Positions 1 to 10,139 of a stretch of 64,000 nt of DNA are shown here, in pieces (position 1 is the first letter of the stretch; every line of letters begins with the position of its first letter). The stretch is from a virus (lineage: Duplodnaviria; Caudoviricetes). The DNA lies in IMG/VR virus record IMGVR_UViG_3300031998_000051, positions 13,819 through 77,818 of that record; one strand, 5' to 3'. Both the position numbers and the translations under genes were made by a program. The notes beneath the pieces were generated by a model. The model made no database searches and had not been told where the DNA came from. It saw only the letters and a program-made list of their open reading frames with translations.

Positions 1-1
1 G

Positions 2-2983
2 GCTCAACTCAAAGAACTGAAGAAGAATAACGAGCAGACGCTGGCGGCAAAAAAGAAGTATCATGAAACAGAACTTGCGGTGCTGAAAAAGGCAAACACA
101 GATCAGCTCGCCGCATTGAAGGAACAGCAGAGTAATGCGCTCTCAGAGTTGAAAGAATCGCATTCAGCGCAGCTGGAAGCTCAAAAGGAAGCTAATTCAC
201 GGACATTGGAGCAGCTCAAAAAATCTAACGAGAAACAGTTGGAATCTTTGAAAGATGCTCATAGCACGGAATTGAAAAACCTAAAGGATTCCCAGTCCAA
301 TCAGCTGAAAGCGATGAAAGATTCGCATACCAATCAGCTTAATGCGGTAAAGGAATCGAACACTGCAAAGCTAAAGGCTCTTAAGGATTCACAGCAGAAA
401 TCCTTGAAGAACCTTAAACAGCACCATCAAGACCGACTGGCAGAAGTCAAGAAACAGAATGAGCGCGAGCTTAAAGAGCAGAAGGCAAAGCTGAAAGCGC
501 AAGCTGAAGCCGAAGCCGAGGGTATGTCTCTTCCGCAAGCAGCAATTGCGAAAGCTATCGGCGGCAAGCAAGGCATGGCGAGTGTTTATGCGATTGCTAA
601 TACAGATCAAGAGAAATGGGATTCTTACAAGGATTCTGTGAATTCGGCTGGCTTTTCTCTTTTGGATTTTTCCAAGAAAGCTGAAGAAGCCGGTTATTCC
701 ATAGATAGGATGAAACAGAATCTTGAAAAGTATGGAATAACCAGCGATGAATTCGAGACTGCTTTGAAGCGCAGCAATGGCAACGCCGAAGATTTCACTA
801 ATACACTCCTCGGTTTAGCTGATGAAGGAACGAATCTTGACGATATCATTTCTGACTTGGGCATTCCGATGGATAATCTGCAAGACATAATGGATAATAC
901 CAGCGGCGCAGCCGAAGGTATGAGCGACGTTATGCGCGATAATCTGAACGGTCAGTTGGAAATACTGAAATCGACCATTAACGGCATAAAAGAAGACGTC
1001 GGTAAAATCCTTATGCCGCTGGTTGAAAAAGTTGTCGCAAAGCTCCAGGCGGTTGCAAATTGGATTCATAATCTGGATGACAAAACGAAAAACCTTATTG
1101 TAACTGGCGCTGGTATTGTCGCAGCCATCGGACCGATTCTTGTGGTGGGCGGGAAGCTCAGTTCAAAGTTTGGAGGACTGCTGCAAAAAATCAGTGAAGG
1201 TAAAGGAATTATCGGCGGGCTGTTCACAAAGATGAAAAGCGGCGAAGGTGTTATTGGGATGCTTGGCGATAAATTCGCGGCGCTGGGTGCTGGGCCAATC
1301 GCGGGAATTGTAGCATCTATCGGTGTTCTGATTGCCGCTTTCGTCAACTTGTGGCAAAACAATGAGGAGTTCCGAGAAAAGATAACGGCCATCTGGGAGG
1401 GTCTCAAAACAAAGTTTGATGAATTCGGTCAACGAATCCTCGAAGGACTGAATAAAATGGGCTTTGACTTTGAGGACTTCGGTGAAGTCGTATCTGCGGC
1501 AATCGAAGGGTTAAAGACACTATGGAATGGGTTCTGTGAACTGCTTGCGCCAGTCTTTGAAGCTGCATTTGGACTTGTTTCAAGCGCTCTTGAATTAGCT
1601 CTCGATGTACTTGGCGATCTGTTCGAAGCGTTCACATCGCTGTTCTCCGGCGACTGGGAAGGCTTCTGGAATGGTATCGGGCAAATATTCACGGATTTGT
1701 GGGACGCGATTCAGCGAAATTTTCAGATCGTCATTGATGCTATAACCGGTATCATTGACGTGTTCCTTGGCTGGTTCGGGACAAGCTGGGAAGAAGTATT
1801 CGAGGGTGCAAAAACATTCATAGATGGCGTACTTTCCTCGATTGTGGGTTTCTTTGAGAATGCCATTGGTACAATCAAAAAAGCCTGGGAAGATGTGACC
1901 GGTTTTATTTCCCGGATAGGCGAAGAAGTATCAGAAAAGGCTACCACATTGTGGAATGGCATAAAGACAACCGTAACTGACACCGCACAAAAAGCTGTTG
2001 AGGGCGTAAAAGACTGGTGGGAAGGTATTCCCGGCTGGTTTGAAGGTAAATGGAATTCCATAAAAGAAAACGAGACGCTCAAAAAGGTCGGTGGAGCAAT
2101 AGAAGGATTCTTCAAAGACTCCTATAATGCTATCGCCGGTCCGAAAGGCGTCTGGACGAATGTCAGTGGCTGGTTTGAACAGCGCTGGAAAGATATAAAG
2201 GAAAACCAGACCTTGAAATCCCTCGGCGGTGCCATACAAGGATTCTTCAAAAGCCCATGGGATGCCATCACAGGACCGACAGGCATCTGGACAAATGTCA
2301 ATAGCTGGTTTGAGAAGAAGTGGAAAGCTATCGCAGAAAACAAAGAGCTTAAAGGCATTCTCGATGCCGTCACAAAGCCGTTTAAGAATGCTTATAACTT
2401 GATACTTGGTCAGGATGGCATTTTTGCAAAACTGAAGGAAGGCATCGAAAAAGTAATCGGAAAAATCAAAAGCATTTTTGATTTCAAATGGAGCTTTCCG
2501 AAGCCGAAGATGCCGCACTTCAATGTTTCATGGCACCAGGTAGGCCCGATTTCATTGCCAAGTGTTAGTGTCGAATGGTATAAGAAAGCTATGGACAACG
2601 CCATGCTTCTGACCAATCCGACCATATTCGGCATGATGGGTAATAAGCTGCTTGGAGGTGGCGAAGCAGGGAATGAGGTTGTCGCCGGTGCTGATAAGCT
2701 GATGTCGATGATCCAGTCTGCTGTTGCACAGACGATAGACCGGTCACGGTTTGCCGCCATGACGGTTGGCACCACGAATAGTTCCATGAACAGCCTTGCC
2801 GCAGGATCAGCCGATGATGCGACAGGGCGAACGATCATTGCAATGTTGTCCAGGTATCTGCCCTATCTGCCAGAGGTTGCCAACATGAAGATGGTGACTG
2901 ATACTGGCGTTCTGGTGGGACAACTTTCACCAGGGATCAACAAGCAGCTGGGCGTCATATCACAGCGGCAAAGGAGGCAGTGA
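2..2983 (+). CDS. Tail tape measure protein (5' truncated by window edge)
   Basis: Frame open from nt 2. 11-residue coiled-coil repeats, MRDNLNGQLEILKS TMP motif, hydrophobic and Trp-periodic repeats, C-terminal PKMPHF..W motif. Followed by Dit- and Tal-like genes. Confidence 0.92.
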   Translation, partial: AQLKELKKNNEQTLAAKKKYHETELAVLKKANTDQLAALKEQQSNALSELKESHSAQLEAQKEANSRTLEQLKKSNEKQLESLKDAHSTELKNLKDSQSNQLKAMKDSHTNQLNAVKESNTAKLKALKDSQQKSLKNLKQHHQDRLAEVKKQNERELKEQKAKLKAQAEAEAEGMSLPQAAIAKAIGGKQGMASVYAIANTDQEKWDSYKDSVNSAGFSLLDFSKKAEEAGYSIDRMKQNLEKYGITSDEFETALKRSNGNAEDFTNTLLGLADEGTNLDDIISDLGIPMDNLQDIMDNTSGAAEGMSDVMRDNLNGQLEILKSTINGIKEDVGKILMPLVEKVVAKLQAVANWIHNLDDKTKNLIVTGAGIVAAIGPILVVGGKLSSKFGGLLQKISEGKGIIGGLFTKMKSGEGVIGMLGDKFAALGAGPIAGIVASIGVLIAAFVNLWQNNEEFREKITAIWEGLKTKFDEFGQRILEGLNKMGFDFEDFGEVVSAAIEGLKTLWNGFCELLAPVFEAAFGLVSSALELALDVLGDLFEAFTSLFSGDWEGFWNGIGQIFTDLWDAIQRNFQIVIDAITGIIDVFLGWFGTSWEEVFEGAKTFIDGVLSSIVGFFENAIGTIKKAWEDVTGFISRIGEEVSEKATTLWNGIKTTVTDTAQKAVEGVKDWWEGIPGWFEGKWNSIKENETLKKVGGAIEGFFKDSYNAIAGPKGVWTNVSGWFEQRWKDIKENQTLKSLGGAIQGFFKSPWDAITGPTGIWTNVNSWFEKKWKAIAENKELKGILDAVTKPFKNAYNLILGQDGIFAKLKEGIEKVIGKIKSIFDFKWSFPKPKMPHFNVSWHQVGPISLPSVSVEWYKKAMDNAMLLTNPTIFGMMGNKLLGGGEAGNEVVAGADKLMSMIQSAVAQTIDRSRFAAMTVGTTNSSMNSLAAGSADDATGRTIIAMLSRYLPYLPEVANMKMVTDTGVLVGQLSPGINKQLGVISQRQRRQ

Positions 2984-2984
2984 T

Positions 2985-3680
2985 ATGTACCATTCGATAA
3001 AAATATCAGGTAAGAACACGTATGAGGAATGGGGCCTTGTGCCAACCAGCAGGCCGGTTATCAACCCGCCGCAGGTGAAAAGCACATATCTTGATCTGCC
3101 TTCCGTGCATGGCCAGCTCGACTACACCGAGTATCTGCTGCAGGAAGTACCGTATGGACAAAGGGAGGGCTCCTGGGAGTTCTCCCTGCGTCCACGCAGC
3201 AATTGGGCTAATGTGTATAGTTCCATCCTCAATTACCTTCACGGGAAGCGGCACATCGTCATTCTGGAGGATAATCCGCTCTATCAGTACGTCGGGCGGC
3301 TGTCCGTAAATGAATGGCAGTCCAACCAGAACCGCTCCATTATCGTGATCGATTACAACCTCGACCCATTCAAGTATAGTACCGAGGCTTCGGACGATAC
3401 AGAATGGATGTGGGATGACCTGTTCACGGACTGTATTCGGTATGGAAAGTTCACGGTCAGTGGGCAGAAATACCGCAACTTCATCAATGCCGGTCTGAAA
3501 GAGGCTATTCCTACAATCACATGCTCGGCAGCGATGACAGTAACATTCAACGAGACGGACTTTTCCCTTGTCAAAGGGAAGAACTACAACGCCAACTTCG
3601 CATTGCAACCCGGCGATAACGAAATGCTGTTTGTTGGCAATGGTGAAGTGACAATTTCATATCGGGAGGTGTCCTTGTGA
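2985..3680 (+). CDS. Distal tail protein (Dit-like)
   Basis: 231 aa directly after TMP; siphovirus Dit-like pattern (TYEEWGL..P..K..Y.D.P...G.LD; C-terminal L.PGDN...F.GNG.VTISYREVSL). Confidence 0.8.
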   Translation: MYHSIKISGKNTYEEWGLVPTSRPVINPPQVKSTYLDLPSVHGQLDYTEYLLQEVPYGQREGSWEFSLRPRSNWANVYSSILNYLHGKRHIVILEDNPLYQYVGRLSVNEWQSNQNRSIIVIDYNLDPFKYSTEASDDTEWMWDDLFTDCIRYGKFTVSGQKYRNFINAGLKEAIPTITCSAAMTVTFNETDFSLVKGKNYNANFALQPGDNEMLFVGNGEVTISYREVSL

Positions 3681-5434
3681 TATATCGAGTTTTGATGAAT
3701 GGACAGGACATCTTCAATCCGCAGGAAAGACAATATGCTTTGATCGAACCACATCTTTCAGTGGAACTGAATACCGCTGGGAGCTTTGAGTTTACCATGC
3801 ACCCTTCACATCCGTTCTATGACAGCGTGAATGCATTCACCTCCATGATCGATGTGTTTGAAAGTGAAGTGTTGCTGTGGTTCGGTCGGCCTATTGAAAT
3901 CACAACCGATTTCTATAACCAGAAAAAGGTATACTGTGAAGGAGCGTTAGCATTCTTCAATGACAGTATCCAGCGCCCATACGAGTATACCAGCATCTCA
4001 ATTCGCACATTCTTCCAAACTGTGATTGCAAATCACAATGCCCAGGTAGACAGCTATAAACAATTCACGGTTGGGAACATCACGATAGAGGATAAGAAAG
4101 TTTATCGCAAACTCGACTATGGCAGCACATTTGACTGTTTGAAGAAACAATGTCTGGATGCTGTGGGCGGTTATTTCTTCTTCCGGCGCGAGAATGGCGT
4201 GAACTATATCGACTGGCTGGCCGAGATGCCATACTCGACCAACCAGCCGGTTGAATTCGGTCTGAATATGCTGGATGCTTCTACAGAATTCGATATGACG
4301 GAATTCTGCACGGTTGTGCTGCCTATTGGCGATGAAGTGGATGGTGCAAGGCTGACGGTGGCAAGCGTGAACGACGGCAGTGACATCATAGAAAGCGATG
4401 CCGTATCAGAGTATGGCAAGATCGTCAAGTGTGTGGAGTTTTCGGGCGTAACTCATGCCGATACGCTATACGAAGATGGCGTGGAATATCTTCAAAACAG
4501 GCAGTTTGACAACATGACCATCGAATGCACAGCTGCGGAGCTGCATTGGCAAAACGAGAACTATACGCTGTTTCGGCTTGGCCAGAAGGTTCATGCGCAT
4601 TCTGTTCCACATATCATCGACAAGAATTTCGATCTAATGAAGCTGGATATTTCACTGGACACGGCAGAAAAGCAGATCACGCTCGGTACATACCGCAGGC
4701 CGACTCTGACGGAGATCACCAATGATGCAGGTTCGACTGCTGATCTTGGCGACATAACAGAACAATTATCTGACATCAGTAGCATCATAGATGGCATTAC
4801 AGACGTGCCTACCGTAGATGACATCACGGGAGACATTCGAGACACTCTGGATGATATTGATGATCTGCTTGATGATGAGGGTTTCCATGACCATATCCAA
4901 GACTTATTGGACGATAATGATTTAGATGACTGGCTGATCGACCACGGAGTACCGGAAGATGAATTGGATGATGTCACGCCAGAAGACGTCATTAATTATA
5001 TTCAAGAGGATATTGAAGAAATAACCGTTGATCTTGGCGATGCTGAGGACTATGACGACCTTAGTGACATAAACGATGATCTTGGCGACTATTGGAGCGA
5101 CAATGAAACTATTTTCAATTATGATACCAGCGGCGGCGGTAGTAGTAGCTACAGCGATATTGGCGGTAAGATATCCGGCACAAGCAGCACGATCAGTGGT
5201 GCCACAGATGACGGATCGCTTGCAGAAGTCAAAGCTCAGCTCACAGAGCTGACCAAGCGTGTTGATAGCTTGCGCGACTACAACGAGCTGATGGCTGCTT
5301 GGGAGAAAGAAGTTGATAAAAAGCTCGCAGACCTCGAAGAGCTGGTTGATGCCATTGCCAAGGATGCCTGGGTGCATGAGATCGACGGCGAGCGCGTTGA
5401 AGTTGGCATCGTGAACTTCGTGACCAATGTTTAA
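3677..5434 (+). CDS. Baseplate hub / Tal-like minor tail protein with acidic C-terminal extension
   Basis: Position after Dit; LNTAGSFEFT and EFGLNMLD..T.V.P.G motifs of prophage tail proteins; Asp-rich coiled C-terminus. Confidence 0.75.
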   Translation: MIYRVLMNGQDIFNPQERQYALIEPHLSVELNTAGSFEFTMHPSHPFYDSVNAFTSMIDVFESEVLLWFGRPIEITTDFYNQKKVYCEGALAFFNDSIQRPYEYTSISIRTFFQTVIANHNAQVDSYKQFTVGNITIEDKKVYRKLDYGSTFDCLKKQCLDAVGGYFFFRRENGVNYIDWLAEMPYSTNQPVEFGLNMLDASTEFDMTEFCTVVLPIGDEVDGARLTVASVNDGSDIIESDAVSEYGKIVKCVEFSGVTHADTLYEDGVEYLQNRQFDNMTIECTAAELHWQNENYTLFRLGQKVHAHSVPHIIDKNFDLMKLDISLDTAEKQITLGTYRRPTLTEITNDAGSTADLGDITEQLSDISSIIDGITDVPTVDDITGDIRDTLDDIDDLLDDEGFHDHIQDLLDDNDLDDWLIDHGVPEDELDDVTPEDVINYIQEDIEEITVDLGDAEDYDDLSDINDDLGDYWSDNETIFNYDTSGGGSSSYSDIGGKISGTSSTISGATDDGSLAEVKAQLTELTKRVDSLRDYNELMAAWEKEVDKKLADLEELVDAIAKDAWVHEIDGERVEVGIVNFVTNV

Positions 5435-5446
5435 GGTGGTGGCGAC

Positions 5447-6367
5447 ATGATCAACATCAATGGCCACAGGTTTATGACGCTGATCGACCCGATATACATC
5501 AACGGACGGCGCGTAAACAAAGTATTTGCGAACGGGAAACAGGTATATCCATGCCTGCCAGATGGAATAAAAGTTGTCACTTTGCCGACTAAAACCGAGT
5601 ATGAAGCAGGGGAGACAATTGACTATACAGGAATAGTCGTTACAGCAATTAATGCAGATGGTTCATTGTGGAAGTCTATCGACTATCCTGATGGCATCAT
5701 TCCATTTGATGAGTTGATTTTCCCAACGAAATACACTGGCGGTGAAGAAACGGTATATTATACCGACTATTCTGGCTTTAATTGTGTGATAATTCAAGCA
5801 AGGAAATATACAGAATACCGATATGATAGAAGTTCCTATTGGCAAAAGGATTGGCAGACATTTTATAGATCTTCACAACCGATCGGTCTGAATTACAGCT
5901 GGGAACATCCAGAAGTATTCTTTGGTATGGGACAAGTGTCCGGAGAAAACGATGTTGCAATGACGCAGTATAAAGGGAACCTATTTGCATATTTAATAAG
6001 CGGAAATAATGGTCACGATATATGCTATATGTCAACAGCGTCATACGGCAATCCATATTATTGGAGCTTTCCTTATGGTACTACTCACCGCCTTACGTTG
6101 AATAGGTTTGTACGCTTGTTTACTCTGAAGGGACAACGCGCTCCAATAAACTATGGTGATGAGTGCTATGATCCATACGGCTTTAATTTTGATTTGTACT
6201 ATTTTGATAAATTTCTTGTCCCTGAATCATCAGTCAACCCTCTCGGACGCAATCTTGATAGTTTGTCTCGCGTCCAACTTCCGTTTCAAATTCAATGGGA
6301 AAGATACAATGACAAGAAAGTCCTTGAAACATCTGTTGAACTACACGTCCATTATAGTGATGGATGA
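5447..6367 (+). CDS. Tail-associated protein with a bacterial Ig-like domain
   Basis: GIKVVTLPTKTEYEAGETIDYTGIVVTA is an Ig-like (Big_3-type) pattern; tail module context. Confidence 0.55.
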   Translation: MININGHRFMTLIDPIYINGRRVNKVFANGKQVYPCLPDGIKVVTLPTKTEYEAGETIDYTGIVVTAINADGSLWKSIDYPDGIIPFDELIFPTKYTGGEETVYYTDYSGFNCVIIQARKYTEYRYDRSSYWQKDWQTFYRSSQPIGLNYSWEHPEVFFGMGQVSGENDVAMTQYKGNLFAYLISGNNGHDICYMSTASYGNPYYWSFPYGTTHRLTLNRFVRLFTLKGQRAPINYGDECYDPYGFNFDLYYFDKFLVPESSVNPLGRNLDSLSRVQLPFQIQWERYNDKKVLETSVELHVHYSDG

Positions 6368-6396
6368 GAACTGCTATACAAAGAGGTGACGGACTT

Positions 6397-8244
6397 ATGA
6401 TTGCGGGCAACCCGCTCATTATTGGCGCACAACACCATGAATACTACAGCGGCAGCTATAGAGTAGACCCGAAAACATACTCGCAGACATTGTCTGTGTC
6501 TGGCATGGCAATGTCCAGCGATATTGTTGTCAATGCCTATCAGGAAGGCAGTGAAACGGCACACATCATAGGACGCACCATTGAAAACTTCACTGATGCG
6601 TTGGAGAACGTGACCGCCATCGGTGCATATGCTTTCTGCAACTGTATCTTCCTCAATGCTGCCAGTTTTCCTGCTGCGACCTTCATCGGAACCTATGCGT
6701 TTTCGAGCTGCACCCTGCTGCGCCGCATCTCTGCGCCGCTTGTATCGCAGATAGCAAGCAGCGCCTTTTTGAACTGCGCATATCTTGGCTCTGCTATATT
6801 TCCGTCTGCAAAGACCATCGGCGCAAATGCCTTCCAGGGCTGTTCAACAATATCAAGTGTCAGTTTTCCGCTGGCCAGCACAATCGGGTCTTATGCGTTT
6901 GCGGGATGCAGCTCACTGCCGTCCGCAAGTTTCCCGGCGTGCGAAAGCATATTCGCCTGGGCTTTCCAAAGTTGCACGTCCCTGGAGACGATCAACTTCC
7001 AGATACTGTCTCAAACTGTGCCTTCGCTCTTTATGAGCCTGACAAGTTTGAAGTCAGCTTTCCTGCCCAGCGTGAAGTCTATCTGGAATGACTGCTTCCG
7101 CTACTGCTCCAGCCTCGTGACTGTAAGTGCGCCGGAGACCATCTACATCGGCGCATATGCGTTCAACGGTTGTGAGAGGCTCCCTTCTGTATCATTCCCG
7201 AACGTCACGACGGTAGGCAACTATGCGTTTGCCAGCTGCTTCTCTCTGTCTCATGCCTACATTCCTCGAATTCCGTATGTTGCCAGCAGCATGTTCCAGA
7301 ATTGCAGCGCATTGCAGGCAGTTTCTTTTCCGAGCGCATCTATCGTCTATGTGGATGCCTTTGGTCGGTGCTATAGCCTGTCGAGCGTGTATATGCCGTC
7401 TGCCAGCACCATTCAAAACTGGGCATTCCAGTATTGCAGCAGTTTGAACACGGTGGACTTTCCGATCTGCTCTATCGTCGGCTCGAATGCGTTTCTGTAC
7501 GCCGGGCTTGCGTCGTCGGTTTCTTTCCCGTCGTTGCAGCAGATCCACATTTCAGCCTTCAGGTACAGCAACCTCAAGGATGCTTTTTTCCCGGCCTGCA
7601 CAGTTTTGTCACAGGAAGGATTCGGATGGTGTTCTCAACTGAGCAGGGCGTCATTTCCTGTTCTGACCAACATCCAGCCCATTGCCTTCTATATGTGCTC
7701 CAGCCTGCTAACTGTTTCCTTCCCGGAATGCACCGTCATAGGCGGCAACGGGACATATGGAGCATTTGAGAGCTGTGCCATGTCGAGCATTTACTTTCCG
7801 AAGTGCACAAGCATTGGGGAACGCGCCTTCCATTCCTGCGCGTCACTTGCAACTGTATCCTTCCCGAAGTGCACATGGATGGGGCGATATGCCTTTATGA
7901 ATGACTCCGTTCTAAATTCGGCGTTTTTTCCGATGCTGTCATTCGTGCCGAGCCAGGCATTCCAGAACTGTTACTCGTTGTCCACGGCATCATTCCCGAC
8001 GGCATCGTATATATCGGCAAGCGCATTCTTGAGCTGCTACTCGCTGCGCAGCCTATACCTGCTATCCACGGCAATGGTGGCACTGCAAAACTCAAACGCA
8101 TTTCATTCTACACCGTTCAGTCTTTCCAGTTATCTCGGTGCGTTTGGTTCTATCTTTGTGCCGGAGAGTCTCGTGGCAACATATAAGGCAAACGGAACAT
8201 GGAGCTGGTATTCTGACAGAATCACATCATACGTGGAGGGATGA
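6397..8244 (+). CDS. BspA-type leucine-rich repeat protein (LRR_5), putative adhesin
   Basis: About 22 repeats of ~22 aa (L.S.SFP....IG..AF..C.S); GAGGTG RBS before ATG 6397. Confidence 0.88.
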   Translation: MIAGNPLIIGAQHHEYYSGSYRVDPKTYSQTLSVSGMAMSSDIVVNAYQEGSETAHIIGRTIENFTDALENVTAIGAYAFCNCIFLNAASFPAATFIGTYAFSSCTLLRRISAPLVSQIASSAFLNCAYLGSAIFPSAKTIGANAFQGCSTISSVSFPLASTIGSYAFAGCSSLPSASFPACESIFAWAFQSCTSLETINFQILSQTVPSLFMSLTSLKSAFLPSVKSIWNDCFRYCSSLVTVSAPETIYIGAYAFNGCERLPSVSFPNVTTVGNYAFASCFSLSHAYIPRIPYVASSMFQNCSALQAVSFPSASIVYVDAFGRCYSLSSVYMPSASTIQNWAFQYCSSLNTVDFPICSIVGSNAFLYAGLASSVSFPSLQQIHISAFRYSNLKDAFFPACTVLSQEGFGWCSQLSRASFPVLTNIQPIAFYMCSSLLTVSFPECTVIGGNGTYGAFESCAMSSIYFPKCTSIGERAFHSCASLATVSFPKCTWMGRYAFMNDSVLNSAFFPMLSFVPSQAFQNCYSLSTASFPTASYISASAFLSCYSLRSLYLLSTAMVALQNSNAFHSTPFSLSSYLGAFGSIFVPESLVATYKANGTWSWYSDRITSYVEG

Positions 8245-8248
8245 GAAA

Positions 8249-9232
8249 ATGAGAAAACTGGATATTCTGGTGCCCGTGTACAACGAGGATGAACAGACCG
8301 TCAAGCCATTGTTTGACAGCATTGCCATCCAGCAGAACGTCAACCTGAGAGAGGACGTTGGCGTGATCGTCTGCTGCGACGGCGGATCATGCACCCTGAC
8401 CGATGCTTTCCGGAACAACTATCCGTTTACCATTGAATACATCTGCAGCGAGCATAAAGGCGTTTCGGCTGCCCGGAACGCCTGTCTTGATATGTCCGAA
8501 GCAGAGTATGTGATGTTCTGCGATGCCGACGATATGTTCTTCAATGCCTGCGCTTTCTGGATGCTATTCCAGGAGATGAAGGCTGGCTTCGACAGTCTCA
8601 CGTCGGTATTCGTCGAGGAGACGCGGGTGGACGGTGCAATCACCTATATCAATCGGCAGATGGACAGCACCTTTGTACATGGCAAGGTCCACCGGCGGCA
8701 ATATCTGGTAAGCAGGGGCATCCGCTGGAACGAGAACCTGACCATCCACGAGGACAGCTATTTCAACATTCTGGCGCAGAATCTTTCCGACCAGGTGAAA
8801 TACTGCCCCACACCGTTTTATCTCTGGAAGTGGCGCGATGACAGTGTGTGCCGGCACGATCCCAAGTATATCCTGCGGACATATCGGAACATGCTGGACA
8901 GCAACGACGCCCTGGTGGATGAGTTCATCCGCAGGGTAATGCCCGACAAGGCGACCTTCTACACAGCCTTCATGATCTTCGACGCCTACTATACCATGAA
9001 CAAGCCGGAGTGGATCAACCAGGAGAACATCGAATACCGCGACAGCACAGAGTGGAGATTCGCCGAATACTTCAAAAAGCATAAGGACCTCTGGGACGCC
9101 CTGCCCGCGCCGGAGAAGATGCAGATGTCCAACGGCGTGCGGACCCGAAGCGTCAACGAGGGCATGTTGATGGAGGCGGTGACCATTGACCAGTGGCTGA
9201 GGCACATCATGGAGGTGGGTATGAGTGGCTGA
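8249..9232 (+). CDS. Glycosyltransferase family 2
   Basis: LDILVPVYNE, GVSAARNACL, YVMFCDADD (DxD) and IHEDSYF motifs. Confidence 0.88.
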   Translation: MRKLDILVPVYNEDEQTVKPLFDSIAIQQNVNLREDVGVIVCCDGGSCTLTDAFRNNYPFTIEYICSEHKGVSAARNACLDMSEAEYVMFCDADDMFFNACAFWMLFQEMKAGFDSLTSVFVEETRVDGAITYINRQMDSTFVHGKVHRRQYLVSRGIRWNENLTIHEDSYFNILAQNLSDQVKYCPTPFYLWKWRDDSVCRHDPKYILRTYRNMLDSNDALVDEFIRRVMPDKATFYTAFMIFDAYYTMNKPEWINQENIEYRDSTEWRFAEYFKKHKDLWDALPAPEKMQMSNGVRTRSVNEGMLMEAVTIDQWLRHIMEVGMSG

Positions 9233-10121
9233 TATTTCGAGCTATATTGTCGATATAGAGCTGGCGGCCCGCGGCGAAGAAGTCAGGGACGCTATTATTG
9301 GCGCACTGAACGCCATCAACGAATCCGCGCTTGGCGTGTTCGATGACACGCCCACGGAGGGCAGTTCCAACGCAGTGACATCGGATGGCATCTATGACGC
9401 CCTGGTGCAGAAGCAGGACAAATTGACCTTCGATGATGAGCCTACCGAGGACAGCGACAATCCCGTCAAGTCCGGCGGGCTTTACGATGCTTTGCAGAAC
9501 ATCCAGCAGGCACTGACCTTCGACGATGTTCCCACGGAAGGATCCGACAATCCGGTGAAGTCCGGCGGCATCTATGATGCTTTGCAGAACATCGACTTCC
9601 AGATCGATGAGGAACCGACAGAAGGCAGTACTCATGCGGTATCATCTGGCAGCGTATATGATGGGCTGGCTGCGAAACAGGACACTTTGACTTTCGATGA
9701 TGTCCCGGTGATGGACTCGGAGAACCCGGTCAAATCCGGCGGTATATACACATCACTGCGCGGCTTGCATAGAACCGTCATGGCATCTGAGGTTACGCTG
9801 GGAACGACCTGGACCGGAAATGGACCCTATACCCAAACAGTCATAATCCCGTATGCCACAAGCCATTCCCTTGTCAACCTACAGCCGACAGACGAAGCAT
9901 TGGCACAGCTTATCAGTGATGGCGTCCGGGCGATGTGGATCGAAAACAACAATGGCACGCTGACGGCTCATGCTATTGGAGGTGTCAATTCTGTAGAGCT
10001 GACCATGCAATGTACGGTTGAGGATACAACTGAAACATTGGAGGTCGGCGTTATCGATGACATTCTTGTATTCCCTGGTTCGGACTATCCTTCAGTTGTT
10101 GATGACATTCTCTTATTCTGA
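9225..10121 (+). CDS. Tail fibre shaft-like repeat protein
   Basis: Five ~38-aa repeats LTFDD.PTEGS.NPVKSGG.YDAL; N-terminal AARGEEVRDAII motif. Confidence 0.65.
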   Translation: MADISSYIVDIELAARGEEVRDAIIGALNAINESALGVFDDTPTEGSSNAVTSDGIYDALVQKQDKLTFDDEPTEDSDNPVKSGGLYDALQNIQQALTFDDVPTEGSDNPVKSGGIYDALQNIDFQIDEEPTEGSTHAVSSGSVYDGLAAKQDTLTFDDVPVMDSENPVKSGGIYTSLRGLHRTVMASEVTLGTTWTGNGPYTQTVIIPYATSHSLVNLQPTDEALAQLISDGVRAMWIENNNGTLTAHAIGGVNSVELTMQCTVEDTTETLEVGVIDDILVFPGSDYPSVVDDILLF

Positions 10122-10139
10122 TGCGGAGGTAATAATGTT

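Noticed and set aside
80-520. 11-residue repeats and Trp repeats in TMP
   Set aside because: Ordinary tape-measure coiled-coil periodicity.
3713-3727. Possible self-target of the 34626 unit (gapped TT.AA.CC.CA.)
   Set aside because: Only 4 of 11 dinucleotides match before failing, which is expected by chance. A proper in-window target search could not be run by eye.
5447-10121. Second DGR target among other tail genes
   Set aside because: No additional TR-like sequence seen at their 3' ends or elsewhere in the window.
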